A stretch of DNA of 42,412 bases from a virus. Shown piece after piece: positions 8,801 to 16,322 of this stretch. The stretch's first letter is position 1, and the number at the start of each line of letters is the position of its first letter. Under the pieces are notes generated by a model that searched no databases, was not told the DNA's origin, and saw only the letters and a program-made list of their open reading frames with translations. The DNA lies in the IMG/VR virus record IMGVR_UViG_3300009609_000018, positions 1-42,412 of that record. One strand, given 5' to 3'. Made by a program: the position numbers and the translations under genes.

Positions 8801-9741
8801 TCCCAGATGGCAGAACTAAGTGCGCTGTATTGATCGGTAACAACACACTCGCTAGGTTCTATCGGGTGATGTTTGATCTTACAGGTTCCGGATCGGTAAT
8901 AGGTACACCGGAGAATGTAGGGCCGCTGGCGAATGTCTCCCACTCCATTACCAATATCGGTGGCTCTTATGTTTGCACTGTTTCGGCAGGATTTGCCGCA
9001 GAGACAGGTGGCATAGGAACTGCTGTATATGCCGTTGATGACACCCCCTCTATTACGTATACTGGTTCGGCTGGATTGACTGCACTATCTATTGAAAAGG
9101 CGCAGTTTGAGTGGGGGTATACTTCCACCCTCGCGGGGCCTGCCGGCAACCTCACTACTGGCTATCAGTCAAGTAGCGGCGCACTAAGCTATGATACTGT
9201 TGGATTCCCGCACTATCTCCGTTGTGATGGCGTCGATGATTGGATGCAGACTACGGTAATGAATTTGACGGCATCCAATGAACTCACTTCGATGGTCGGA
9301 GTATTCAAGCTAAGTGACAATTCACAGGCTGTCATCTATGAGTTCTCCAATTCAACCGTTAGCAATGCCGGTGTCTTTGGATGGGTTTGCCCGCTAACCG
9401 CTGGCCCTAATATTGTATGGCGGTCACGCGGAACCACGACGGCCGATGCTAGCCTTACGTCTGGGTTTGCTTCGCCTATTGCTATTGTGGCAACTGGTGA
9501 GTCCGACATATCGGCTCCGCTATCTAGAATCAGAGCCAATGGCCAGACGGCTCAGAATGTGGCTACACAGGGCACAGGTAACTTCGGTAATTTCGCAGCC
9601 TATTTTGCCCGTCGTGGCGGTTCCACGAACACATTTACAGGAGGGCTGGGACAGATCATAATTAGAGGCACAGCTACAACTCTTACAGACATCCAAAACA
9701 CAGAAGCGTTTATTGCAGCAAAGATGGGAGTAATACCATGA
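5818..9741 (+). CDS. 1307-aa structural protein: N-terminal ~88-aa anchor, six tandem ~129-aa domains, then a C-terminal LamG/concanavalin-like region
   Basis: Repeat register read from the translation (ADLQP... starts at aa 220, 349, 478 and 606). C-terminal motifs WFDASDLSTMWQNSAGTTPVT...GKWNDKSGRGVSATQATAASRPTL and LRCDGVDDWMQT are typical of LamG-type phage fibre and decoration proteins. Confidence 0.85.
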   Translation: MSTLNDSILTATGGPTVNDGLLDWFRDGGAGANSPLQDAEREWLIIQLLFPVVVLDTNNDLWMKFLPPPGAINDRQFAYWLAGPQLPTALLIPIGETASAVSPADASVFITVATDQFVKKQINGGALINLYDWVIQGVAADFELMASGASGDTGNLSGSAFNTWLPPPVSWTFLNSDDTPNNKAISFTLSVRRASDGLLLSQAPVSLQANVTAAPIIPTADLQPVSQTAAAVAPADASVDVSISSDGFVKRLLNGASFANLYQWLLTGVNTDFEFRASNLTGDTANLTGSPFNVWQQAPIGWTILNSDNTAGSKACSWTVEVRRVSDFIVLDTTTFTIQADVTPQPANADLQPISETSSAQSPANSTINIQVLTNGTVTKSVNGGAATVLYTWIVNGVAADFEFRPFGLTGDSGNLTGSAFGSFIAPPLTFTLTNNDDAAGTKSVDFSLDVRRVVGSVLLDTTTVSLDATVTPPAPNADLQPISETAATNSPTDATVYIEVAADGFVKRSINGGALTNLYQWLVTGTSTDFQFQGSAATGNTGNIVGTAFGSYFAAPVSWTLTNPDNATSSKVVDFTLSVRRVPDNTVLDTTTVHMVANVTLLPNADLLPVNQQATANSPSNSSVTLRVESTGFVTVSLNGGAFTNLYNYIVNGVAADFEIRGSNLTGDTGNMSGDAFNVWLPIAPVTWTLTNPDDIASTKNTSWTVEIRRVLDQVVLDTTTFQATAIIQAVSDAELFFTEAHSTAVSPGNATSKIEIATDGDVKVQINGGLNVSQYTWLLAGLASDFQFFASTPNGDAGNVTGSAFNTWLAPPVSWTLTNSSDIPGLLAADWQVQVRRASDSVVIDAATFDTTAEVTPAAFNPAAVLFGAGELGCWFDASDLSTMWQNSAGTTPVTAVEQPVGKWNDKSGRGVSATQATAASRPTLSARKNHLTYSEDFNQSYWTKTGCTTNIAGQELFETSANSVHSFSRAAVIAAVPNQTALFGATASFQIFPDGRTKCAVLIGNNTLARFYRVMFDLTGSGSVIGTPENVGPLANVSHSITNIGGSYVCTVSAGFAAETGGIGTAVYAVDDTPSITYTGSAGLTALSIEKAQFEWGYTSTLAGPAGNLTTGYQSSSGALSYDTVGFPHYLRCDGVDDWMQTTVMNLTASNELTSMVGVFKLSDNSQAVIYEFSNSTVSNAGVFGWVCPLTAGPNIVWRSRGTTTADASLTSGFASPIAIVATGESDISAPLSRIRANGQTAQNVATQGTGNFGNFAAYFARRGGSTNTFTGGLGQIIIRGTATTLTDIQNTEAFIAAKMGVIP
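6082..8406 (+). repeat. Six in-frame tandem coding repeats with a period of 384-387 nt (~129 aa)
   Basis: Unit starts at nt 6082, 6475, 6862, 7249, 7633 and 8020. The conserved skeleton is ...SPxxAxVxIxV...G.V.K..NGG....LY.W...G.A.DFE........GD.GN..GS.F..W...P..WTL.N.D.....K......V.VRR..D..VLDTTT......V. Confidence 0.9.
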
Positions 9742-9902
9742 ACATGCTGGTCACTGCACTAATGCTGGCTGGCTTGATTTCCTTAGCAGCCGCAGCCTTC
9801 AATCTCTCCATTACCCCCCGGATTAGTATGGGGTGGTTGGGAGTATCCCTTTTCGCCTTGGTCGCATTCCTGTGTCAAATGGGAATGGTAATGGTCAAGT
9901 AA
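9738..9902 (+). CDS. Small membrane protein with two predicted TM helices (54 aa), holin-like topology
   Basis: ATGA overlap with the stop of the 1307-aa gene. Sequence is MNMLVTALMLAGLISLAAAAFNL...GWLGVSLFALVAFLCQMGMVMVK. Too short for the ORF track. Confidence 0.45.
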   Translation: MNMLVTALMLAGLISLAAAAFNLSITPRISMGWLGVSLFALVAFLCQMGMVMVK

Positions 9903-9927
9903 CCCCCCGCCCCGCAAGGAGTATTTT

Positions 9928-10500
9928 ATGTCAACTGTTGCCGATTTCGATGTTGAAGATTTTGAATCCCGCGATAAGGGCAAAGAGAAGAACTATGTCC
10001 GGTTCTATATCAAGGCTAAGGAAGACACTGCAAAGTCTGCCGAAGAAGGCCGTCCGATCTATGTTGATAAGGAGTATATTGAGATTCGTGCTCCGGGTAA
10101 TCAGACTAATATCGTAGACCGCCCGGTTTCGGACAAGGATAAGCAGGACTATAGGCGCGCATATGCGATGTTCAAGTCTGGTGATGCAGAGCAGGTCATT
10201 GGAACGCCTCTTTCCGAGGTTACTTGGATCACTCGCTCGCAAGTCGAAGAACTGGCTTATTGGCGTGTTCGTACTTTGGAGCAGCTTGCCGCTGTTGGCG
10301 ACGATGTTTGCTCCCGTCATCCGGGCCTTACTACACTGAAGAACAAGGCTGTTCAATTCGTGGCAAAGTCCGAAGCAAATGCCCCGTTTATCGCACTGCA
10401 TGAAAAGAATAAGAAACTGGAAGAGGAAATGGCTGCAATGAAGCTGGCTATGGAAGAGCAAGCAGCCATCATTAAGGGCCTACAAGCCGCTAGGAAGTAG
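9928..10500 (+). CDS. Hypothetical virion-module protein with a C-terminal coiled coil
   Basis: AAGGAG RBS and a 190-aa ORF with ordinary composition. The antisense ORF 9931..10461 is rejected. Confidence 0.7.
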   Translation: MSTVADFDVEDFESRDKGKEKNYVRFYIKAKEDTAKSAEEGRPIYVDKEYIEIRAPGNQTNIVDRPVSDKDKQDYRRAYAMFKSGDAEQVIGTPLSEVTWITRSQVEELAYWRVRTLEQLAAVGDDVCSRHPGLTTLKNKAVQFVAKSEANAPFIALHEKNKKLEEEMAAMKLAMEEQAAIIKGLQAARK

Positions 10501-10511
10501 GGAGTCTGGTC

Positions 10512-11225
10512 ATGGCACAGTCCGTCCTCCAATTGGTCAACAAAGCCCTGCAAGAGATTGGCTTGCCGCAGGTGCTTACTATTGTGTCTGCCCCGGACGA
10601 TCAAACCGGATTCCAGACACTCGGCCTCTTGAATGCGCTGGGTAATCAACTTATCAAGGTACATGATTGGCAGTTCCTTGAGAAGACTCAGACGTTTACG
10701 GGGAACGGTGTGCAGACTGAATTCGACCTACCTGCCGATTACAAAAGGATAGTTAACCAGACCCAATGGAGCAGTAAGAACAAGCGGCCGATGTATGGAC
10801 CCATGACCCCGCAAGGATGGTCATGGGTCCAGTTCGGTATTGTGTCGGTAGGAGTGTACTATCGCTATCGCGTACTGCGTAACAAGTTCACTGTTTTCCC
10901 TACGCCCGCAGATCAGGAGCAACTTAACTTCTTCTATATCTCTAAGCATTGGGTATACGATCCGCTTACAGATACGTATAAGGATAATATCACGGCCGAT
11001 ACTGATGAGACTGTATTTGAAGACTATTTGATGATCGCCGGTATCAAGTTTAAGCTATGGGCCGCTAAGGGTATGGATGCGACGGAACTGAAAGATGAAT
11101 TCATGTATATGCTCAACAACGAAAAGGCTCAGAATCAGGGGGCCCCTGTTATCCAGCTAGATAAGCGTTGGGACTACCTGTATATCTCCGGGCAAAATGT
11201 GCCGGATGGGAGCTGGAATGTTTAA
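10512..11225 (+). CDS. Putative head-tail adaptor (P22 gp4-like position)
   Basis: GGGAG RBS, 237 aa, immediately precedes the large nozzle-like gene. The assignment is positional. Confidence 0.45.
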   Translation: MAQSVLQLVNKALQEIGLPQVLTIVSAPDDQTGFQTLGLLNALGNQLIKVHDWQFLEKTQTFTGNGVQTEFDLPADYKRIVNQTQWSSKNKRPMYGPMTPQGWSWVQFGIVSVGVYYRYRVLRNKFTVFPTPADQEQLNFFYISKHWVYDPLTDTYKDNITADTDETVFEDYLMIAGIKFKLWAAKGMDATELKDEFMYMLNNEKAQNQGAPVIQLDKRWDYLYISGQNVPDGSWNV

Positions 11226-12831
11226 GGCCAATGCTCAGATTCGGCAGGTATCACAGGCGCTTGCCTTGCTTGCGCCAACGGGTGGTATTAATGACCTAGA
11301 CCCGCTGGCAAAGATGGGTCCAGAGTTTATGATCGACGCCATGAACCTCTATCCCGACAATGGGTTAGTGGTAGTGCGCCCCGGATACCGTGAATATGCG
11401 ACTGGCCTTAATGGTGCCGTTAAGACCATTTTATCTTTTGCCGCACAAGACGGTACTTTTCACAAGTTCGCGGCTGTCGATGCAGGCATCTATAATATCT
11501 CCGCTGCGATACAGAATCCAGTCATCGTAACTCCCTCCACCTTTGGAGAATGGGAGTTTACTAATTTTGCCACTTCCGCAGGTCAGTTTCTTATTGCCAC
11601 AAATGGCGTAGACCCTGCCAAGCTATACAACGGTACGACGTGGATCGACTTTACAGAGGTTGCCACCCCTGCCGGTCCAGGTCAGATCAAGGGTGTGAAT
11701 CCAGCCACGTTTGACTATGTAATCTCGCATAAGGCTCGCCTATGGTTCATCCAAAAGAACACAATGACGGCGTGGTATCTCCCCGTTGACTCTGTGGGCG
11801 GTGAAGCGAAGCCATTTTATGTGGGAGGTATCTTCAATCGTGGTGGCTACCTGCGAATGATGGCACGGTGGTCTTCTGATACAGGAGAAGGGCTAGATGA
11901 TCGCCTTATTTTCTTCACGTCAACCGGGGAGATTGCTTCGTATGCTGGTAATGACCCTGCGAACGCAGCAGACTGGACACTGGATTCTATCTTCTTCGTG
12001 GCATCGCCTCTTAGCAAAAGGTCGGTGGCTTCCTATGGCGGTGACATTATGCTTCTATGCCGTCGTGGGCTGGTTCCTCTTTCATCCCTCATAACCGGGC
12101 AGGCAACCGAAGTAGTGTATTCGGGGGGTCTAACCAAGCGGATTTCAAGGACGCTTTTGCGTCTATCTTCGCTAGGCGCACCCCCCTTCCCGCCAGAAGT
12201 GCGGTTGCATGAAGACGCTGCTTGGGTGGTCATAAACATCTTCGATCCTGCGGTGGCAGGTGGACGGTTTGATGGTACGAATGCACCTATCCAACTGGTA
12301 ATGAACGTGCTTACCGGAGCATGGGGCAAGTTTAACTATCCTGTTCGCACCGTGCGCAGCATTGATTCTACTTTGTATATGGGCACGGACGATGGCCGCG
12401 TACTAGCCGTTACCCCGGATGCGTATGTTGATAATCGCTTGTTCAATGGTACTGGTGGTGTTCCTATCGAAGCCTATGGCATGGGGGCCTATACGTATCT
12501 TGAGCAGCCGACTACCAATAAGCACGCCAAGCTAATTCGCCCCGTGTTTCAAGCAGAAGTGGTGCCCTCCTTTGTCATGCGTATACTGCCAGACTTCCGG
12601 CTGGATCGCTTGATCCAAACTCCCCCGCCTTCGTTCTCGATTGGTAATGCGCGCTGGGACGTAAGTTTTTGGGACCAAGCAAATTGGGCGGGAACTGAAA
12701 ACGTTTACAGGCCATGGCGTTCCGCTAACGTACTAGGCTACGCATTTGCCTGGCAGATGCGCATATCAACGTCATCTGCACTTGGCCTATCGGACCTTGA
12801 GTGGGTATGGGAGAATGGTGGACTCGTATGA
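11218..12831 (+). CDS. Putative tail tube/nozzle protein (P22 gp10-like or tail tubular B-like position)
   Basis: 537 aa. I chose the start MFKANAQ (GGGAG RBS, 8-nt overlap ATGTTTAA) rather than the track start at 11197. The function is positional. Confidence 0.45.
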   Translation: MFKANAQIRQVSQALALLAPTGGINDLDPLAKMGPEFMIDAMNLYPDNGLVVVRPGYREYATGLNGAVKTILSFAAQDGTFHKFAAVDAGIYNISAAIQNPVIVTPSTFGEWEFTNFATSAGQFLIATNGVDPAKLYNGTTWIDFTEVATPAGPGQIKGVNPATFDYVISHKARLWFIQKNTMTAWYLPVDSVGGEAKPFYVGGIFNRGGYLRMMARWSSDTGEGLDDRLIFFTSTGEIASYAGNDPANAADWTLDSIFFVASPLSKRSVASYGGDIMLLCRRGLVPLSSLITGQATEVVYSGGLTKRISRTLLRLSSLGAPPFPPEVRLHEDAAWVVINIFDPAVAGGRFDGTNAPIQLVMNVLTGAWGKFNYPVRTVRSIDSTLYMGTDDGRVLAVTPDAYVDNRLFNGTGGVPIEAYGMGAYTYLEQPTTNKHAKLIRPVFQAEVVPSFVMRILPDFRLDRLIQTPPPSFSIGNARWDVSFWDQANWAGTENVYRPWRSANVLGYAFAWQMRISTSSALGLSDLEWVWENGGLV

Positions 12832-13307
12832 GATGGCTTAATTCAGACCCGCAATTCATGTGTCATCTGGCTAACTTGCTAGAGATAGCGCCTACTCCAA
12901 ATGCGGTGGTCATTGCAGAGTTCGATGATGTGGTGCCCATTTGTGGAGTGGTTTTCGACGGCTATAATGGCAAGTCTATCCATGCACACATTTGGATTGC
13001 ACCGGGCCGTAGACCTTCGCGTATGTGGTGGTTCGCCATCTATGATTATATGTTTCGGCAGTGTGAAGTGACGAACGTTATTGGCACTGTACCTAGTAGT
13101 AACCTTGCCGCCAAAAAGCTGGACGAGCATCTAGGTTTCAAATTGAATAGTGTGATACCGAATTATTACCCCAACGGTGACGATATGCTTCTGTATATCT
13201 GCACCGCTGAATCGGCCATAGACTGGCAACGTTTCCGGCCCGCCAGTTTCCGCTTTGAGCAGGAGCAGGATAATGGGAAGCAAAAAGAAAGCGCCGCCGC
13301 CTCCTGA
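12828..13307 (+). CDS. GNAT-like (acyl-CoA N-acyltransferase fold) protein within the virion module
   Basis: ATGA overlap with the upstream stop. The C-terminal half (NVIGTVPSSNLAAKKLDEHLGFKL...DDMLLY) resembles the GNAT alpha4-beta5 region, but no canonical R/QxxGxG/A motif is visible. Confidence 0.4.
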   Translation: MRWLNSDPQFMCHLANLLEIAPTPNAVVIAEFDDVVPICGVVFDGYNGKSIHAHIWIAPGRRPSRMWWFAIYDYMFRQCEVTNVIGTVPSSNLAAKKLDEHLGFKLNSVIPNYYPNGDDMLLYICTAESAIDWQRFRPASFRFEQEQDNGKQKESAAAS

Positions 13308-14421
13308 TTATAAGGCACTTGCCCAACAGCAGGCGGAATTGCAGAATCAAATGCTAGCGACGCAGACCGAGGCTAATCGCCCCGATCAAATCACTGCATA
13401 TGGCTCACTTAAATGGTCGCAAGACCCGACCACGGGAAGATGGACCCAAACCGAAGAGCTATCGCCTGAGGCAGCACAGGCCCTAAAAGAGTCACAGGGC
13501 CTACAGTCACAGCAAATCGGTCAGATTAGTGAATTGATGAAGCAAGGCGGGTTCCAAGGTGGACCCGCTATGCCCACGTATGATCCGACAACTGGTGAGC
13601 AGTATGCCCAGCGGTTTACTGAGTCACTTATGGGGCGGCTACGGCCGCAACAGCAGCAGGCACAGGAACAGATGCAAACTCAGCTACGGCTACAGGGTTT
13701 GCAGCCCGGTACAGAAGCCTATAATCGGGCCTATCAAAACCTGCTTACCTCGCAGGGTGATGTGAATACACAGGCTAATCTACAAGGGCTGTTGGCTGGC
13801 GGCAAGGAAGCCCGCGATATCTACCAGACTCAGCTAGGTGGTCAGCAGCAGGGTTATTCACAAGCCATGGAACAGTATTTGTTGCCATGGCAAACTGCCA
13901 GCATGACACAAGGATTGGCTAGTGGTATCCAGCGGCCTGAGTTCCAAGGATTCAGCCAAGCAGGGGCAGGCGAAGCCCCAAAGGTCATGGATGCTGCACA
14001 GCAGCAGTATGCACAGCAAATGCAGCAGTATAATGAGGCTGCACAATCCAAGCAGGGTAAGGGACAGGCTATCGGCTCCATTGCTGGCGGCGTCCTAGGT
14101 AGCGTTATTCCCGGTGCTGGCACCATGATTGGTGCCTCGCTAGGTGGTGCGGCTGGTGGTGCCCTGTTCTCTGATGCTACATTGAAGGAAGATATTGCAG
14201 TTCTTAGCGATGAAGATTGCTACAATGCTATGCTCCATATCTTCCCGCACACGTTTGCATGGCCTAATGGCAAGCGTGATACTGGCCTGATCGCACAGCA
14301 GGTAGCAGAGCATTTGCCAGACCTTATCCAGCGTGCGGAACAGGGCTTGCTGATGGTCAATTACGCTAAGTTTGCCACGCTACTACTTGGTGCTTTCCGG
14401 CATCTAGCGAAGGGGGCCTAA
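13273..14421 (+). CDS. Gln-rich coiled-coil protein with a glycine-zipper segment and a C-terminal S74-type intramolecular chaperone-like domain; candidate tail needle/plug or ejection protein
   Basis: AGGAG RBS 7 nt before the ATG at 13273 (the track ORF starts at 13255). The C-terminus from nt 14170 (SDATLKEDIAVLS...TGLIAQQVAEHLPDLI...VNYAKFATLLLGAFRHL) matches the S74 chaperone motif also seen in the tail fibre. Confidence 0.7.
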   Translation: MGSKKKAPPPPDYKALAQQQAELQNQMLATQTEANRPDQITAYGSLKWSQDPTTGRWTQTEELSPEAAQALKESQGLQSQQIGQISELMKQGGFQGGPAMPTYDPTTGEQYAQRFTESLMGRLRPQQQQAQEQMQTQLRLQGLQPGTEAYNRAYQNLLTSQGDVNTQANLQGLLAGGKEARDIYQTQLGGQQQGYSQAMEQYLLPWQTASMTQGLASGIQRPEFQGFSQAGAGEAPKVMDAAQQQYAQQMQQYNEAAQSKQGKGQAIGSIAGGVLGSVIPGAGTMIGASLGGAAGGALFSDATLKEDIAVLSDEDCYNAMLHIFPHTFAWPNGKRDTGLIAQQVAEHLPDLIQRAEQGLLMVNYAKFATLLLGAFRHLAKGA

Positions 14422-14422
14422 A

Positions 14423-16321
14423 ATGGCTACCTACGATCAGCGAACCCTAGAAGCCCTGATGCAGTCCCTACCCGACTTGAAGAAAAAGCAACGTCGAGCA
14501 GAGCAATTGCGGGGTGAACAAGAACGGCTCAGGGAATTGAGTCAAAAGCCGGGTACAGGTAATTATGTTCCTACTCAGCAAGGCGGCCTATATCAGACTG
14601 TTGCTAGATATCGTCCTGACTATGCCCAGATGGCTAATCAAGGGGTAGGTGCGCTAGGTGAATTCCTTACCGGCCGAAAGGCAGATGAGGCACAGGGGCT
14701 ATATGATGAGGCACAATCACAGGCCGTTCTAGGTGGCGTTCAGCAGTATAGCCAGCCGCCTCCCCCACAAGCCCCGCCCCCGCCTGTACCGGGCCAGCAA
14801 TTGGGCAATCAGGGTTTGACGGCTCCGGGTATGCCTCCTATGCCTACTCAACAGCCAGCAGCCCCCTCCCCATTCGGGCCGCCTTCTGATATGGCCCCCC
14901 AGCCACCGGGCCTAGGCACTCAGCCGGGGGCCATGGGAGGGCTAGATGCAGCCGCACAGGAACAAGGCGCGTCCCCGACACAGGAAACGCTGCGTGCTTA
15001 TCTAGGTATGATCGGCGGTCCTGATCTAAAGGATTTCCTACCAAAAGACAGGAGCGATATTCGCGTACAATCCACATTCACCGATGACTCAGGCGAAAAA
15101 TATCTGGTGATGAATGATGGCGAAGTTCGCGGCACCGGAAAGAGGGCTGACTTCGGTGGTCAGATTACTACAGATGAGACTACTGGAAAGCAATACATCA
15201 CGGTGAAGACTGGCCGCTTCCGTGGACAGTCTATACCTTTGGATCAGATCGGTAACTTTATGGAGGGTGGTATGCCGGGGGCTTCTGCGCCATCTGCGCC
15301 TAGCCCTGCACAAGTTCAGCCGGTGGATCGTGAAAGCTTGCACCAAAGGCAGAAGATGGCTGAGTCTGCCGGTGATCCTAATGCCGTATCGCCAGTAGGT
15401 GCGCAAGGGCTTATGCAAATTATGCCTGCTACGGCCGCTGAACTGGAACAGGAAATGGGTGTACCTCCGGGTAGCATTGCGGCTGATCCTACTATTAATG
15501 AAAGGGCTGGTCGGTTGTATATGGACAAACAGCTTGAAAGATTCGGTGGCGATCAGGAAGCCGCATTGGCCGCTTATAATTGGGGTCCAGAGCGGGCAGA
15601 AGCCTGGGTCGCGGGCGGCAAAGATAGAAGCCAATTGCCGGAGGAAACACGTGGATACATCGAGAAAATACTTGGCCCCGGACCCACGGCAACTGGAACT
15701 GCCATTTCCCCTGCCATCGCTGTACCGGGAGGCCCACGAAAACTCACCGCCGGAGAGAAGAAATTTAGCGAAGAACAATCCAAAGCGCAGGTCGAAGCGC
15801 AGGCGGCACTAGGCAAGGTAGAAGGTAACGCAGAAAGTGGTCTACGCGCGGTCGAAGATTTGTTGAAAGATACAGAAGGATTGGAGGCTATTGTTGGTGA
15901 TCCAAGTGATCTTCTAAGCTATGGCCGTATTCCCGATGCGTTGGCGCAGTTTGCTATCCCGGCTCTTAGTGCGGGTAAACCGGCTGCGCGCGGGTTTGCT
16001 AAGTGGCAAACTGTGACTGGATCAGCTTTCCTATCTGCCTTTGAAAACTTGCGCGGTGGTGGTCAGATTACAGAAGCCGAAGGCAACAAAGCCACGGCTG
16101 CTGCGGCTGCTCTTAATCGTGGTCAAAATGCTGAAGAAGTTAGGACTGCTCTGCGCGATTTGCGTGATGTAATTCAAGCTGGATTGCGTAGGGCTAGAGC
16201 ACGTGCAAAGGGAGATTTCTCCGGCGATAACGCTTTGAGTGCCACAGGTGGGGCTGCTTCTGTAGCCCCGGCTGCAAGCCCAGAAGATGATGCGCTAGTT
16301 AATAAGTGGCTCGGAGGCTGA
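14423..16321 (+). CDS. Internal virion/ejection protein with a lytic transglycosylase (SLT) domain
   Basis: SLT motif MAESAGDPNAVSPVGAQGLMQIMPATA...AAYNWGP at about nt 15335-15610. Pro/Gln-rich N-terminal half. Confidence 0.85.
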   Translation: MATYDQRTLEALMQSLPDLKKKQRRAEQLRGEQERLRELSQKPGTGNYVPTQQGGLYQTVARYRPDYAQMANQGVGALGEFLTGRKADEAQGLYDEAQSQAVLGGVQQYSQPPPPQAPPPPVPGQQLGNQGLTAPGMPPMPTQQPAAPSPFGPPSDMAPQPPGLGTQPGAMGGLDAAAQEQGASPTQETLRAYLGMIGGPDLKDFLPKDRSDIRVQSTFTDDSGEKYLVMNDGEVRGTGKRADFGGQITTDETTGKQYITVKTGRFRGQSIPLDQIGNFMEGGMPGASAPSAPSPAQVQPVDRESLHQRQKMAESAGDPNAVSPVGAQGLMQIMPATAAELEQEMGVPPGSIAADPTINERAGRLYMDKQLERFGGDQEAALAAYNWGPERAEAWVAGGKDRSQLPEETRGYIEKILGPGPTATGTAISPAIAVPGGPRKLTAGEKKFSEEQSKAQVEAQAALGKVEGNAESGLRAVEDLLKDTEGLEAIVGDPSDLLSYGRIPDALAQFAIPALSAGKPAARGFAKWQTVTGSAFLSAFENLRGGGQITEAEGNKATAAAAALNRGQNAEEVRTALRDLRDVIQAGLRRARARAKGDFSGDNALSATGGAASVAPAASPEDDALVNKWLGG

Positions 16322-16322
16322 A

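Noticed and set aside
15089-15778. 229-aa minus-strand ORF inside the SLT internal-protein gene; the same applies to 19612..20250, 16766..17269, 33248..33778 and 9931..10461
   Set aside because: These are antisense shadows of long, well-supported genes. They have no RBS and a Ser/Arg/Cys-rich junk-like composition.
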